From an uncultured Candidatus Saccharibacteria bacterium (GTDB lineage Bacteria > Patescibacteriota > Saccharimonadia > Saccharimonadales > JAGQNJ01): DNA of 64,000 nucleotides. Location of the stretch: positions 270,183 through 334,182 of the forward strand of contig CAZPAW010000001.1 of NCBI GenBank assembly GCA_964584895.1, read 5' to 3'. Shown here one piece after another: positions 45,640-54,478 of the stretch. Numbering within the stretch: the stretch's first letter is position 1; the number at the start of each line of letters is the position of its first letter. The notes under the pieces were generated by a model that saw only the letters and a list, made by a program, of their open reading frames with translations, was not told where the DNA came from and ran no database searches. A program made the position numbers and the translations under genes.

Positions 45640-46269
45640 ATGAAAGTTCCGGAAATTAGAATAAACCTTGCTTGGCTTCTGTATTACAGTGAGTCGACGG
45701 CACTCGCCGAAAAATATAATTACAAGCTTGAGTCATACGAATATTATTACAAAAAAACAATTGAATATAGAAAAGCTTGGGAAAAATACGAAAAAAAGAT
45801 CATTGATGGTTTGCAATCGGCACTTGGTGTAGAGTTTTATCAACCTGTCATTGACGTTAGCTGTACACCGTACTTTATCCCTAAATCTGACCCATTGATT
45901 ATGAACTTCAACGAAGAGCCAGATCAATTTGTTGACGTTTTAATGCATGAACTTTGTCACGTATTACTTACAGATAATAACAAGCACCAAAGCAAAAGTG
46001 ATGCCCCAACACTTGACCTTATTAATGTTTGGGGTGGGTTTTTTGGATCCAAAAAAGATATGAACATCCTTGTACATATTCCTGTACACGTTCTTTCAAA
46101 GTATGTGTATATTGATATTCTTGGCCAACCATCAAGACTTGAGCGCGACAAAAAAGCTGTAGAAAAATGGGATCATAGTGGAGCGTACACGGCTTCTTGG
46201 GAATATGTTGAGAACCACGATTACAAAGAAATAATTAGACGATTGAAAAAGTCGTACGAAGCAGTTTAG
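45640..46269 (+). CDS. Hypothetical protein with HExxH motif (putative metallopeptidase-like)
   Basis: MHELCHVLL. Tyr/Lys/Glu-rich N-terminus. Start chosen from the promoter position; the track start is 45613. Confidence 0.45.
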   Translation: MKVPEIRINLAWLLYYSESTALAEKYNYKLESYEYYYKKTIEYRKAWEKYEKKIIDGLQSALGVEFYQPVIDVSCTPYFIPKSDPLIMNFNEEPDQFVDVLMHELCHVLLTDNNKHQSKSDAPTLDLINVWGGFFGSKKDMNILVHIPVHVLSKYVYIDILGQPSRLERDKKAVEKWDHSGAYTASWEYVENHDYKEIIRRLKKSYEAV

Positions 46270-46579
46270 AAAAATTAATGAATTTGTGGATCTTTTTCAT
46301 AAGTATAATTTTTAACTAAGATAAAATTAGACTTACTGCTTGGTTAAAAAATAGTTACAGCGTCATCCATGTGGCCCTACATCAAAATGACCTTAGCTAG
46401 TCCGGGGTATTTTCTATGGAAGGCAGTAAGCAAGTCAACTGCTTGGTTTGCGTGGGACTCTAACGGGAGGAGCGTTGTAGAGTAACTTAGCGAGACCGCG
46501 AGCTGAGTTCACAAGTCCGCTGTTTCGTCATAACCACAAGCGTCTTGTTGGGCACTTTTTGTTATGCAATACTATATTC

Positions 46580-47095
46580 ATGAAGAAGAACCAACGAGGT
46601 TTCAGTCTGGTTGAACTTCTTGTTTTGTTGCTTTGTCTGGGGTTGATCTTGCTAGTTGGTTGGTATGCCTGGAATAGATTAAGCCCTTCGACCGATGTTG
46701 ATAAGCCGTCAAACTCCAATACAAGTAATCAAGATACATCATTTTCGATAAAAATTGATCCGATGGTAGGGGGTGGCTTCGAAGGCGCAGTTAATAGTTA
46801 TGAAATTACAGCCACAGGTGAGGTTTTTAACCTAAGAGCACCAAATCAAAGAACTGATGTAAAGAAATCATTACTAAAGAAGATTACGCTGGAAGAAGTC
46901 AAAGAAATTCGCCAGTCTTTTATTGAATCGGGTGTTTTGGATTTAGCTTCGGGATATGGTCCACAGTATGGAGGTTCTGTCTGGACGGTCACTATTAATG
47001 GCAAAGAACAATTTTTTTATGATCAAACATCCTCTAAATTTGACGCCGTTAAAATCAAATTGAAAAAGATACTTGGTGAAGATGTGAGTATATGA
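46580..47095 (+). CDS. Pilin-like protein with prepilin N-terminal motif
   Basis: MKKNQRG-FSLVELLVLLLCLGLILLVGWY has Glu5. Followed by a 140-aa globular part. Confidence 0.55.
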   Translation: MKKNQRGFSLVELLVLLLCLGLILLVGWYAWNRLSPSTDVDKPSNSNTSNQDTSFSIKIDPMVGGGFEGAVNSYEITATGEVFNLRAPNQRTDVKKSLLKKITLEEVKEIRQSFIESGVLDLASGYGPQYGGSVWTVTINGKEQFFYDQTSSKFDAVKIKLKKILGEDVSI

Positions 47096-47144
47096 GCTTG
47101 GTCGCAATCATAATGCATGCAACCTATCAAACCCGGTTATATTT

Positions 47145-47173
47145 AAAACAGAGGTGAAATGCCTCTGTTTTTT
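47145..47173 (+). terminator. Intrinsic terminator
   Basis: Stem ACAGAGG/CCTCTGT, loop TGAAATG, followed by T6. Confidence 0.65.
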
Positions 47174-47189
47174 GATATATAGTTAATTC

Positions 47190-47567
47190 ATGAAGAAAAT
47201 CTTTTTAATTATTGCATTCCTGATTACTGGTGGGCTGTTTTCTTTCTTTTCATTCTTGTATGGATCAGTAGAACCAGAGTACGGACCACCCACGGGAAGT
47301 GATATTACTTGCCAAAGCCTTGCACTAAGACCAAATGACCTGAGAGAAATAACTTACTCACGCGGATTTCCAATACAAAAGTCCGACACCATCCAATTTG
47401 ATATCGTGTGTGGTTATGCGAGTAAATATGTACCTTCGCCTGGTGAGATTGCTAGAAGTTGGCAATTATATGCAAACTGGGTTATCTACGCATTTCTGTT
47501 TACTAGCGTAGCTTTTGGGCTTAATAAAATTAAGAAGCACAATAGCTCTCCATATCATAAACGCTGA
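47190..47567 (+). CDS. Small membrane protein
   Basis: N-terminal and C-terminal TM helices. 125 aa. Confidence 0.4.
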   Translation: MKKIFLIIAFLITGGLFSFFSFLYGSVEPEYGPPTGSDITCQSLALRPNDLREITYSRGFPIQKSDTIQFDIVCGYASKYVPSPGEIARSWQLYANWVIYAFLFTSVAFGLNKIKKHNSSPYHKR

Positions 47568-47593
47568 AACACATCCTTAGGTCTTTGGATTTT

Positions 47594-47602
47594 TGTTATA
47601 GT
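47594..47602 (+). promoter_or_regulatory. Extended -10 box (TGtTATAGT), 6 nt before ATG 47609
   Basis: TGn plus hexamer; the gap to the start codon is 6 nt. Confidence 0.45.
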
Positions 47603-47608
47603 TTAAAT

Positions 47609-48127
47609 ATGAAAGAAGTCGTTTGGATCTTTGGCAATAGTGCAGCGGGTAAGGAAACTTTTATTAAGTACGCGATCGAGAGCGGTGACAAAGAGTTATT
47701 CACTAGGTTAGGCTGGGAAAATAAAAAAGTAAAAGCAATTTCTGCAAGTATTGATAATATTGGACAGTATGAAAATGATCCAGTTACATTAAAACGTGAT
47801 GACATTCTCACTGAGACTCCACGAATACTAGAGGAGGTAGACGTAGCGCTTATAAAGTGGCAGACGGTAGACACCCAAAAAGGTAGAATAGAAAAACTTA
47901 TGAACTTGTTGCCTAATACTTGGCATAGGATAATTTTACTATCAACACCTGCAAGGGAACTCGAGAAAAGACTGCCTAATAAAAGTTGGTGGGATGATGA
48001 TGACGTCAATGCTTTTATTGAAGAAGAGACAAAAAATCTTGAAGAGTTAATAAGCAGTCTGAAAGATAAGTTGCCTGTTACTAAAATCTCTGGCAATCCG
48101 AAAGATTACTACCAGACTTCAGATTAA
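47609..48127 (+). CDS. P-loop NTPase/kinase-like protein
   Basis: VWIFGNSAAGKETF is a deviant Walker A (GxxxxGKE-T). About 170 aa, the size of a small-molecule kinase. Confidence 0.4.
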   Translation: MKEVVWIFGNSAAGKETFIKYAIESGDKELFTRLGWENKKVKAISASIDNIGQYENDPVTLKRDDILTETPRILEEVDVALIKWQTVDTQKGRIEKLMNLLPNTWHRIILLSTPARELEKRLPNKSWWDDDDVNAFIEEETKNLEELISSLKDKLPVTKISGNPKDYYQTSD

Positions 48128-48203
48128 TTACCACAAGAATCGCAATAGTTCACTAAGCATATGTATTTTGACTGTAGGTTGCTTATTGCTTATACTCTGA
48201 TAC

Positions 48204-48956
48204 ATGAAACAAGACCAGAAAGGTTTTGCCCACATTGCTGTCATTATAGTGCTTATTGTGATAGTTGCTTTGGCGGGAATTGGCTACTATGTTTTAACAA
48301 ATAAAACGTCAATAACATCAAAATCAGCAAGTTGCCCAGACCCACTACTGCAATCACCGGTAGACATAAAAAAAGTTTCGGGCATTTTGTACCCTGGGCA
48401 AACGCGTGGCGGGAATTACAAACCACATGGTGGATTTCGGTTAGACGATTCTAATAATAATGATGCCGAGGTGCGAGCACCAATGGACGCAAAGCTTGTA
48501 GCTGGATCACGATATATTGAACAAGGGGAAGAACAAATATTGCTCGATTTTGAATCCGATTGCGGTGTTAACTTCCGCTTTGACCATTTATTAACTGTGT
48601 CTCCGGTAATCCAAAAAGAGGTTGACAAGTTGCCGGCCGCAAAACCAGACGATTCGCGCACTACAAGCCTTGACGATCAAATTAGCGTCCAGGCCGGGGA
48701 CGTTATCGCCACTGCAGTTGGCGTTGAGAAAGCTAAAAATGTATTTTTTGACTTTGGTGTCTATGACACAAGGCAGCCAAACGCTGCTTCCAAAGATCCT
48801 GCATATAAGGCAGCACATCCGGATTTGGAAAATAATGAGCAATTGAAATATGCAGTCTGTTGGCTTGATCTTTTTGCCGAACCAGAAAACAAAATGTTAC
48901 GAGCATTACCCCCAGCAGACCAAGAAGCGGGTAGTGATAGTGATTATTGCGATTAA
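48204..48956 (+). CDS. Secreted/anchored protein with pilin-like N-terminus lacking Glu5
   Basis: MKQDQKG-FAHIAVIIVLIVIVALAGIGYYV shares the GF[SA]HI signature with the tandem large pilin-like genes but has Ala at +5. Confidence 0.45.
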   Translation: MKQDQKGFAHIAVIIVLIVIVALAGIGYYVLTNKTSITSKSASCPDPLLQSPVDIKKVSGILYPGQTRGGNYKPHGGFRLDDSNNNDAEVRAPMDAKLVAGSRYIEQGEEQILLDFESDCGVNFRFDHLLTVSPVIQKEVDKLPAAKPDDSRTTSLDDQISVQAGDVIATAVGVEKAKNVFFDFGVYDTRQPNAASKDPAYKAAHPDLENNEQLKYAVCWLDLFAEPENKMLRALPPADQEAGSDSDYCD

Positions 48957-49050
48957 ATCTACCTGCTTGCAATGAATGATAGTTGCAATAGTATTGAACA
49001 TTGCTCTCTAAGATTGATTGCACCTAAATAGTCCTGGCAGGGTGCATTTT

Positions 49051-49059
49051 TGCTACAAT
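49051..49059 (+). promoter_or_regulatory. Extended -10 box (TGcTACAAT), 7 nt before ATG 49067
   Basis: TGnTACAAT; the gap to the start codon is 7 nt. Confidence 0.45.
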
Positions 49060-49066
49060 TATTTTA

Positions 49067-49480
49067 ATGACCCATAAATTATCTAATTCTAAATTGTTGC
49101 GACCGATATTGGCAATAACTACGGCAACACTATGGATAAGTGCATCTGAGTTTATGCGTAATCAAATATTGTTTAAGTCATTTTGGGCAGAACACTATGA
49201 AAACTTAGGTTTGGTGTTTCCTGAAACCATGCTTAATGGGGCGTTATGGGGAGTTTGGTCGCTCGGATTTGCCATATTGATTTATATTCTCACAACTAGG
49301 TTTTCGTTAGGGCAAACAGTTGCAATTTCTTGGTTCAGTGGGTTTGTGCTGATGTGGCTAGTTATTGGCAATCTTAGCGTATTGCCCATAAAGCTTTTAT
49401 TGCCAGCAATACCGCTTAGCATTCTTGAGGCTTTTGTGGCTACTTTGATTGTGAAAAAAATTCAGAACCCAACTACTTAA
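49067..49480 (+). CDS. Four-TM membrane protein
   Basis: 137 aa, hydrophobic throughout. Confidence 0.4.
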   Translation: MTHKLSNSKLLRPILAITTATLWISASEFMRNQILFKSFWAEHYENLGLVFPETMLNGALWGVWSLGFAILIYILTTRFSLGQTVAISWFSGFVLMWLVIGNLSVLPIKLLLPAIPLSILEAFVATLIVKKIQNPTT

Positions 49481-49566
49481 AAAGTAATTGCTGTAGCTTG
49501 CAGGTTGGTTCTGCAAATAGTTTAAGCATAAAAAAGAAGCACATCGTATCTGTTATTGAAATAAAA

Positions 49567-49591
49567 TAACCCGGTCTCGCAAGCCGGGTTA
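49567..49591. terminator. Hairpin between convergent genes (probable bidirectional terminator)
   Basis: Stem TAACCCGG/CCGGGTTA with a 9-nt loop. A/T-rich runs on both sides. Confidence 0.5.
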
Positions 49592-49615
49592 TTGATTTTT
49601 ATTATTTGTTTTTTA

Positions 49616-50188
49616 TTAACTAGGTAATAGTACCCCGTCGATTGTGTGTACTACACCATTTTTTGCATCGATGTCTGCCTGTTGCACCATAACTTTATTG
49701 CCTGTTGCATCAGTTAAATATACTTTACCGTCTTCGATAGAAACGGTTATCTTACTACCCTCTACAGTAGTAATCTCTTGACCATCTTTCAGATCAGATG
49801 ACATAACTTCCCCTGCTACTACATGGTAGGTTAGTATTGATTTCAACTTGTCCTGATTTTCAGGTTTTAGAAGTGTGGCGAGCGTACCTTTTGGTAATGC
49901 TTCAAAGGCCTCATTAGTTGGCGCAAAGACTGTGTATGGTCCGTTATCTTGAAGCGTGTCAACTAAATTAGCTGCCTTAACTGCAGAAACTAATGTCGAT
50001 AGGCTTGGCGTGTCAGACGCTACTACTACAATCGTTTTGGATGATTGTGTCATCTGATCGGTCTGTTGTGGCTGACTTGATTGTTGGCTGTCGTCATTAC
50101 GATTCATTGCCCAGATTATACCCCCGCCTATTAGCAACACGGCTATTACGCCTAGGATTATTCCTGTTGTTTTGTTCTTATTTTCCAT
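49616..50188 (-). CDS. Membrane-anchored fasciclin (FAS1) domain protein
   Basis: TVFAPTNEAF and YHVV motifs. N-terminal TM. Start set at MENKNK. Confidence 0.7.
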   Translation of the reverse strand: MENKNKTTGIILGVIAVLLIGGGIIWAMNRNDDSQQSSQPQQTDQMTQSSKTIVVVASDTPSLSTLVSAVKAANLVDTLQDNGPYTVFAPTNEAFEALPKGTLATLLKPENQDKLKSILTYHVVAGEVMSSDLKDGQEITTVEGSKITVSIEDGKVYLTDATGNKVMVQQADIDAKNGVVHTIDGVLLPS

Positions 50189-50233
50189 ATATACCCCTTT
50201 TCTATTGTTATTTAATATGTGCACACCCTCCTG

Positions 50234-50818
50234 CTACATTTTTACCTCCTTATTTGTTAAACTACGCATTAAAAACAGATGGATCGAACTGGTTAATTCT
50301 TCTAGTTCGGCTTTTTTAGGGGGATTTGGGTAGTATTCAAGTAAAAAACCATTTATTGCGTGAGCTATTACTTTGGATTCCTTGTTAATTTCAGACGACT
50401 TTATATTAAATTCTCCATTCATAACACCTACTTTGAGTACTTCCTCTATGTGTAAATAAGCTTTTGATGGCAAATATCCAGAGCTCAGTTTTAAAAAATC
50501 AGGACGAAAGTGAAGATAGTATTTAAGTACAAAAACAACATCTTCTATATGTCTAAATTGAAACTTTATTCTATCTAGTAGCATTACTTCGGCAGAATTG
50601 GACTTGGGTAGTTTTGCTCTGGCGACTCCCAGCTCCTTGCTTGTAGTTGTAAAAATTTCATTCAAAATTTCATCTTTATCATTAAAAAAATGATAAATGC
50701 TAGACAAACCCACTCCTGATGCTTTGGCTAGCGTGCGCATAGAAAAACCTTCGTAGCCATTTTTAGCAAATAGGCTTTTTGCTGTTCTTGTTATGTGATG
50801 TTTAGTTGTTACTGTCAT
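50234..50818 (-). CDS. TetR/AcrR-family transcriptional regulator
   Basis: N-terminal HTH AKSLFAKNGYEGFSMRTLAKASGVGLSSIYHFF. Confidence 0.85.
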   Translation of the reverse strand: MTVTTKHHITRTAKSLFAKNGYEGFSMRTLAKASGVGLSSIYHFFNDKDEILNEIFTTTSKELGVARAKLPKSNSAEVMLLDRIKFQFRHIEDVVFVLKYYLHFRPDFLKLSSGYLPSKAYLHIEEVLKVGVMNGEFNIKSSEINKESKVIAHAINGFLLEYYPNPPKKAELEELTSSIHLFLMRSLTNKEVKM

Positions 50819-50824
50819 AATAAA

Positions 50825-50864
50825 TGTAACATACGTTACAATAATTAGTGTAACACTCGTTCTA
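50825..50864. promoter_or_regulatory. Two TetR-type operator-like inverted repeats
   Basis: TGTAAC-ATAC-GTTACA (50825-50840) and TGTAAC-ACTC-GTTCTA (50849-50864), in the divergent tetR/ABC intergenic region. Confidence 0.4.
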
Positions 50865-50993
50865 ATATTTATGCAAGTCTTTTATATTTTTTAAATATAA
50901 TTCTTTAAGGGGTAAATGGATTTTACGGTTTGTGTCGATTACAAATAACCTATTCCTTAATTTAATTTGATAATAACGTTATAATGATGGAGT

Positions 50994-51872
50994 ATGGTTA
51001 ACAATGCTATTCAGGTCCAAAAATTAACCAAAAGATTTGGGTCTAAGCTCGCATTGAATGGAGTATCATTTACTGTTCCGAAAGGACAAATTGTTGGTTT
51101 TTTAGGACCTAACGGTGCCGGAAAAACTACAACCATCAGATGCATGATGGATTTTATCCGCCCTTCTTCTGGAATAATAAAAATCGATGGCAAAAACGCT
51201 CAAGAAAAAAGTACAGAGTTAAAGCAAATTATTGGTTTTTTATCGTCTGATTCGCAAATTAATGGGTCATGGACGGTTGCTGATCATTTAGAAATTGTAA
51301 AAAAAATGAGAGGTCAATACGCAAAAACTAACGAATTAGTCCAGTTGTTAGACCTAGATACGAAAGCTAAAGTCAAAAATCTATCTTCTGGCAATAAACA
51401 AAAACTATCTATAGTCCTGGCTTTTGCGGGCCAGCCAAAGATACTGATAATGGATGAGCCTACGAGAGGCCTCGATCCAGTGTTGCAAAATAATATTTAT
51501 GAGATGCTAGAAGATTATGCAAAACAAGGTAATACTGTATTCTTTTCTTCTCATAATCTGGCTGAAGTACAACGGGTTTGCGATACGGTGATTATTATCA
51601 AAGACGGCAAAATTATTACTGAACAAGGCATGAAAGAAATTAGAGGTATAAATACCCACATTGTTCATGTGAACACTAGTAATAAACTAGATCGCCAGCA
51701 ACTCGATAAGTTAGATGTCGAGCTTATATCAATAACTGACTACAGTGCCCAGATTAAATTAAAAGGCAAGCTAAACCCTCTACTTGAATATCTGACAAAA
51801 CAAGCTATTTTGGATTTAAGTATAGGCCATGCTAGTCTAGAAGATTTATTCTTGGAAATGTATAAGGATTAG
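50994..51872 (+). CDS. ABC transporter ATP-binding protein
   Basis: Walker A GPNGAGKTT, signature LSSGNKQKL, Walker B ILIMDEPT. Confidence 0.9.
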   Translation: MVNNAIQVQKLTKRFGSKLALNGVSFTVPKGQIVGFLGPNGAGKTTTIRCMMDFIRPSSGIIKIDGKNAQEKSTELKQIIGFLSSDSQINGSWTVADHLEIVKKMRGQYAKTNELVQLLDLDTKAKVKNLSSGNKQKLSIVLAFAGQPKILIMDEPTRGLDPVLQNNIYEMLEDYAKQGNTVFFSSHNLAEVQRVCDTVIIIKDGKIITEQGMKEIRGINTHIVHVNTSNKLDRQQLDKLDVELISITDYSAQIKLKGKLNPLLEYLTKQAILDLSIGHASLEDLFLEMYKD

Positions 51873-51876
51873 AATA

Positions 51877-52680
51877 ATGAAAAATATTATTTATCGAGAA
51901 ATTAGAGATCGCCGATATACATTGATTGCTTATTGTGGAATCGTTGTACTATTACTGGTTTTATACATAGCACTTTTCCCGTCGATTCAGGATTCGCTTA
52001 ATCAGTTTCAAAAAATATACGAGACATATCCAGAGGGTCTATACAAAGCTATGGGTATAGAGAACCTGTCGATAAATAGCCTAGAAAATTATCTATCTAT
52101 TGAAATGTATAATTTGATGTGGCAGATTTTAGCACTACTTTTAACATCGTCTTTAGCAGGCTATGCAATTGCTGGTCAGATAGAGAAGGGAACAATTGGT
52201 TTTTACCTTTCACTCCCGATAGGGCGGACGAAACTTTTCTTTTCTAAATATTTGGCCGGTCTTAGCTCGATAATGTTGTTTGTGGTTGTATCGGTCGGGG
52301 GCTCTATACCTATAGCGGCATTATTTAATATGAGTATGTCGAAAGTTGGCGTAGCAAAACTCGGCATATTGTCATTATTGTTTGCATGGGCAATATATAG
52401 TGTGGCTTTGTTATGGTCGGCGATATTTAGTGAGCGTAGCCGAGTCTATATGGTTATGGGTGCATTACTTATAGGGATGTATGCTATGAATGTTATTTCT
52501 AGTCTAAAGTCTAGCTTAGCTTGGCTAGATAATTATTCAATTTTTTATTATTACAATTCACAAAAAATATTGTCGGGGGGCAATATTAGATTATCGTCGG
52601 CTATAGTCTATAGCTCGATAATCGTTTTAACTACAATTCTTAGTCTTTATATCTTCAAAAAACGTGATATCTCGGTATGA
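51877..52680 (+). CDS. ABC-2 type transporter permease
   Basis: About 6 TM segments. Follows the ATPase gene after 4 nt. Confidence 0.65.
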   Translation: MKNIIYREIRDRRYTLIAYCGIVVLLLVLYIALFPSIQDSLNQFQKIYETYPEGLYKAMGIENLSINSLENYLSIEMYNLMWQILALLLTSSLAGYAIAGQIEKGTIGFYLSLPIGRTKLFFSKYLAGLSSIMLFVVVSVGGSIPIAALFNMSMSKVGVAKLGILSLLFAWAIYSVALLWSAIFSERSRVYMVMGALLIGMYAMNVISSLKSSLAWLDNYSIFYYYNSQKILSGGNIRLSSAIVYSSIIVLTTILSLYIFKKRDISV

Positions 52681-52689
52681 GTTGTTTGA

Positions 52690-52983
52690 TTATATATTAA
52701 AAAAATTAGAGGCAATTAGTACCCCCAAAACGTCAAATATTATATCTGACGCAGAATTAACCACTGACTCGTATCCAAAATAAATCTTTCTTTTAGCAAG
52801 CAACGGCGAGATAACAAAGATCTCAATCGGTTCCCACGCTATTAATAAAATAATTGCAGTAGTAGGACTAAAAATTAGTCCAAAAATAATACCAGATAAA
52901 AGATGGATTAAGCTCCAGATATCGATTATTTGGCCGTTTCGGCTAGGTAGTTTTATAGTGTGTTTTGATTTAGTTTTGCGCAT
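52690..52983 (-). CDS. Small membrane protein
   Basis: 97 aa with 3 hydrophobic segments. Confidence 0.35.
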   Translation of the reverse strand: MRKTKSKHTIKLPSRNGQIIDIWSLIHLLSGIIFGLIFSPTTAIILLIAWEPIEIFVISPLLAKRKIYFGYESVVNSASDIIFDVLGVLIASNFFNI

Positions 52984-53113
52984 TATCTACCACACCAACA
53001 TATCCTATAGACACGATAAAATAAAGAGACTAAGCATAATAACTTTAAATGCTTGTCATTCACCCTGCTGGGAGTCTATAATGATAATCAAGAATTAATC
53101 AAAGGAGGCAAAA

Positions 53114-53602
53114 GTGTTAAATCAATTAGCTCAAGTTACATATGAGTACACAACTACAACCACTAATGTGGATGAAGGTGTAATAGCCGGAATCTTAGGA
53201 ATGATGGCAGCAATGATGATTGTCATAATACCTATCGCGATTTTCGGTATTATTTGCATGTGGAAGGTCTTTGAAAAGGCTGGAGTAGAAGGATGGAAGT
53301 CAATAATCCCTGTATATAACATGTGGTGTTTGGCTGAAATCTCTGGCAAGCCGGGATGGTGGGCATTAATCTACCTGCTTTGCTTTATTCCTATCATTAA
53401 CATCTTTGCTTCTATCGCAGCACTTGTACTTTATGTGATAGTTGCAATCGAATTATCAAAATCATTTGGTAAGGATCCTGTATTCTCGCTACTATTGATA
53501 TTTTTGAACATCATTGGTCTCGCTATACTTGCTTTTGGCGATGCAAAATACGTTGGTCCAGGCGGCAAAAAAGGTGGTTCTGCAAAACCAGCAGCCGCTT
53601 AG
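53114..53602 (+). CDS. DUF5684-like membrane protein
   Basis: MWKVFEKAGVEGWKSIIPVYNMWCLAEISGKPGWWALIYL matches the DUF5684 core recalled from memory. SD AAAGGAGG precedes the GTG start. Confidence 0.6.
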   Translation: MLNQLAQVTYEYTTTTTNVDEGVIAGILGMMAAMMIVIIPIAIFGIICMWKVFEKAGVEGWKSIIPVYNMWCLAEISGKPGWWALIYLLCFIPIINIFASIAALVLYVIVAIELSKSFGKDPVFSLLLIFLNIIGLAILAFGDAKYVGPGGKKGGSAKPAAA

Positions 53603-53621
53603 TAACCTCTTGATTTACAAT

Positions 53622-53652
53622 AAAGAGGAGGCATTTTGTGTCTCCTCTTTTT
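53622..53652 (+). terminator. Intrinsic terminator
   Basis: Stem AAAGAGGAG/CTCCTCTTT with an 11-nt loop, followed by a T-run. Confidence 0.65.
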
Positions 53653-53680
53653 ATTTAAGCTGTTATACAATACACACCTG

Positions 53681-54478
53681 ATGAAGTTATTGAATGGATC
53701 AGAACTAGCTGGTTATATTAAAGCTCGACAAGCGAAGCAGGTGCGAGCACTTGTTCAAGCCCATCACATACAGCCAAAGCTTGCAATTATTCAGGTAAAA
53801 GATGATCCGGTGATTAATGTCTACGTTAGATTAAAAGAGCAATACGGTCGGGATATAAATGTAGCAGTCGATGTATTTAGGCTAAAACAATCAGAAGTGA
53901 CAGATAAAATAATCGAACTCAACAATGATGATTCTGTCCACGGCATTATTGTACAGCTTCCCCTTAGCGATGTTAGCGAAACCGAAGAAGTAGTCAATCT
54001 TGTTTCTTCTAAAAAAGATGTAGATGCATTAGGTAAAAATGCAAAATTTGATCCAGCTACTCCGATGGCAATTATGTGGCTACTTAGTGGATATAATGTT
54101 GAATTGAAAGACAAAAAGATTTTATTGGTTGGACGAGGTCGACTTGTCGGCGCTCCACTGGAAAAGTCTTTGAAAAAATCTGGTCATAATATTGAGGTAG
54201 TTGAACGTAATGTAGAGGATTTGGGAGAAAAAGCAAAACAAGCCGATATCATAATTACGGCAACAGGTAGTCCAGCGATATTAAGTGCAGATATGATAAA
54301 ACAAAACGCTGTAGTAGTAGATGCTGGTGTAGCTAGTGAATCAGGCAAAAAAGTAGGTGACCTTCATGATGATGTTTACGAGCGCGACGATCTGATTATC
54401 ACCCCGAAGAAAGGTGGAGTCGGACCCCTAACCGTCTGCGCCTTATTTGAGAATGTCATAAGGGCTGCAAATAAGTGA
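53681..54478 (+). CDS. folD: Bifunctional methylenetetrahydrofolate dehydrogenase/cyclohydrolase FolD
   Basis: MKLLNGSELAGYIKARQ, VQLPL, GRGRLVGAPL, PKKGGVGPLTVCALFEN. Start at ATG 53681. Confidence 0.9.
   Translation: MKLLNGSELAGYIKARQAKQVRALVQAHHIQPKLAIIQVKDDPVINVYVRLKEQYGRDINVAVDVFRLKQSEVTDKIIELNNDDSVHGIIVQLPLSDVSETEEVVNLVSSKKDVDALGKNAKFDPATPMAIMWLLSGYNVELKDKKILLVGRGRLVGAPLEKSLKKSGHNIEVVERNVEDLGEKAKQADIIITATGSPAILSADMIKQNAVVVDAGVASESGKKVGDLHDDVYERDDLIITPKKGGVGPLTVCALFENVIRAANK

Noticed and set aside
46369-46485. 38-codon Trp-rich ORF (MWPYIKMTLASPGYFLWKAVSKSTAWFAWDSNGRSVVE) in the GC-rich intergenic segment
   Set aside because: It has no SD or -10 box in the right place and an unusual composition. 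It is more likely a chance frame in a structured or relic region, and is kept only as a note under the ncRNA candidate.
46340-46560. Identification of the GC-rich segment as RNase P RNA or SRP RNA
   Set aside because: Only a short resemblance exists (AGTCCGGGG...GGAAGGCAG). The segment is too short for RNase P. It lacks the ACAGAAnCCGGCUUA, GGUAAGAGC and GGAAGCAGCC blocks that I would expect.
47596-48096. 166-aa minus-strand ORF almost fully overlapping the P-loop gene
   Set aside because: Its Ser/Leu-rich composition is typical of the antisense of a Glu/Lys-rich gene. The plus-strand frame has a Walker A-like motif and a promoter box 6 nt before its ATG.
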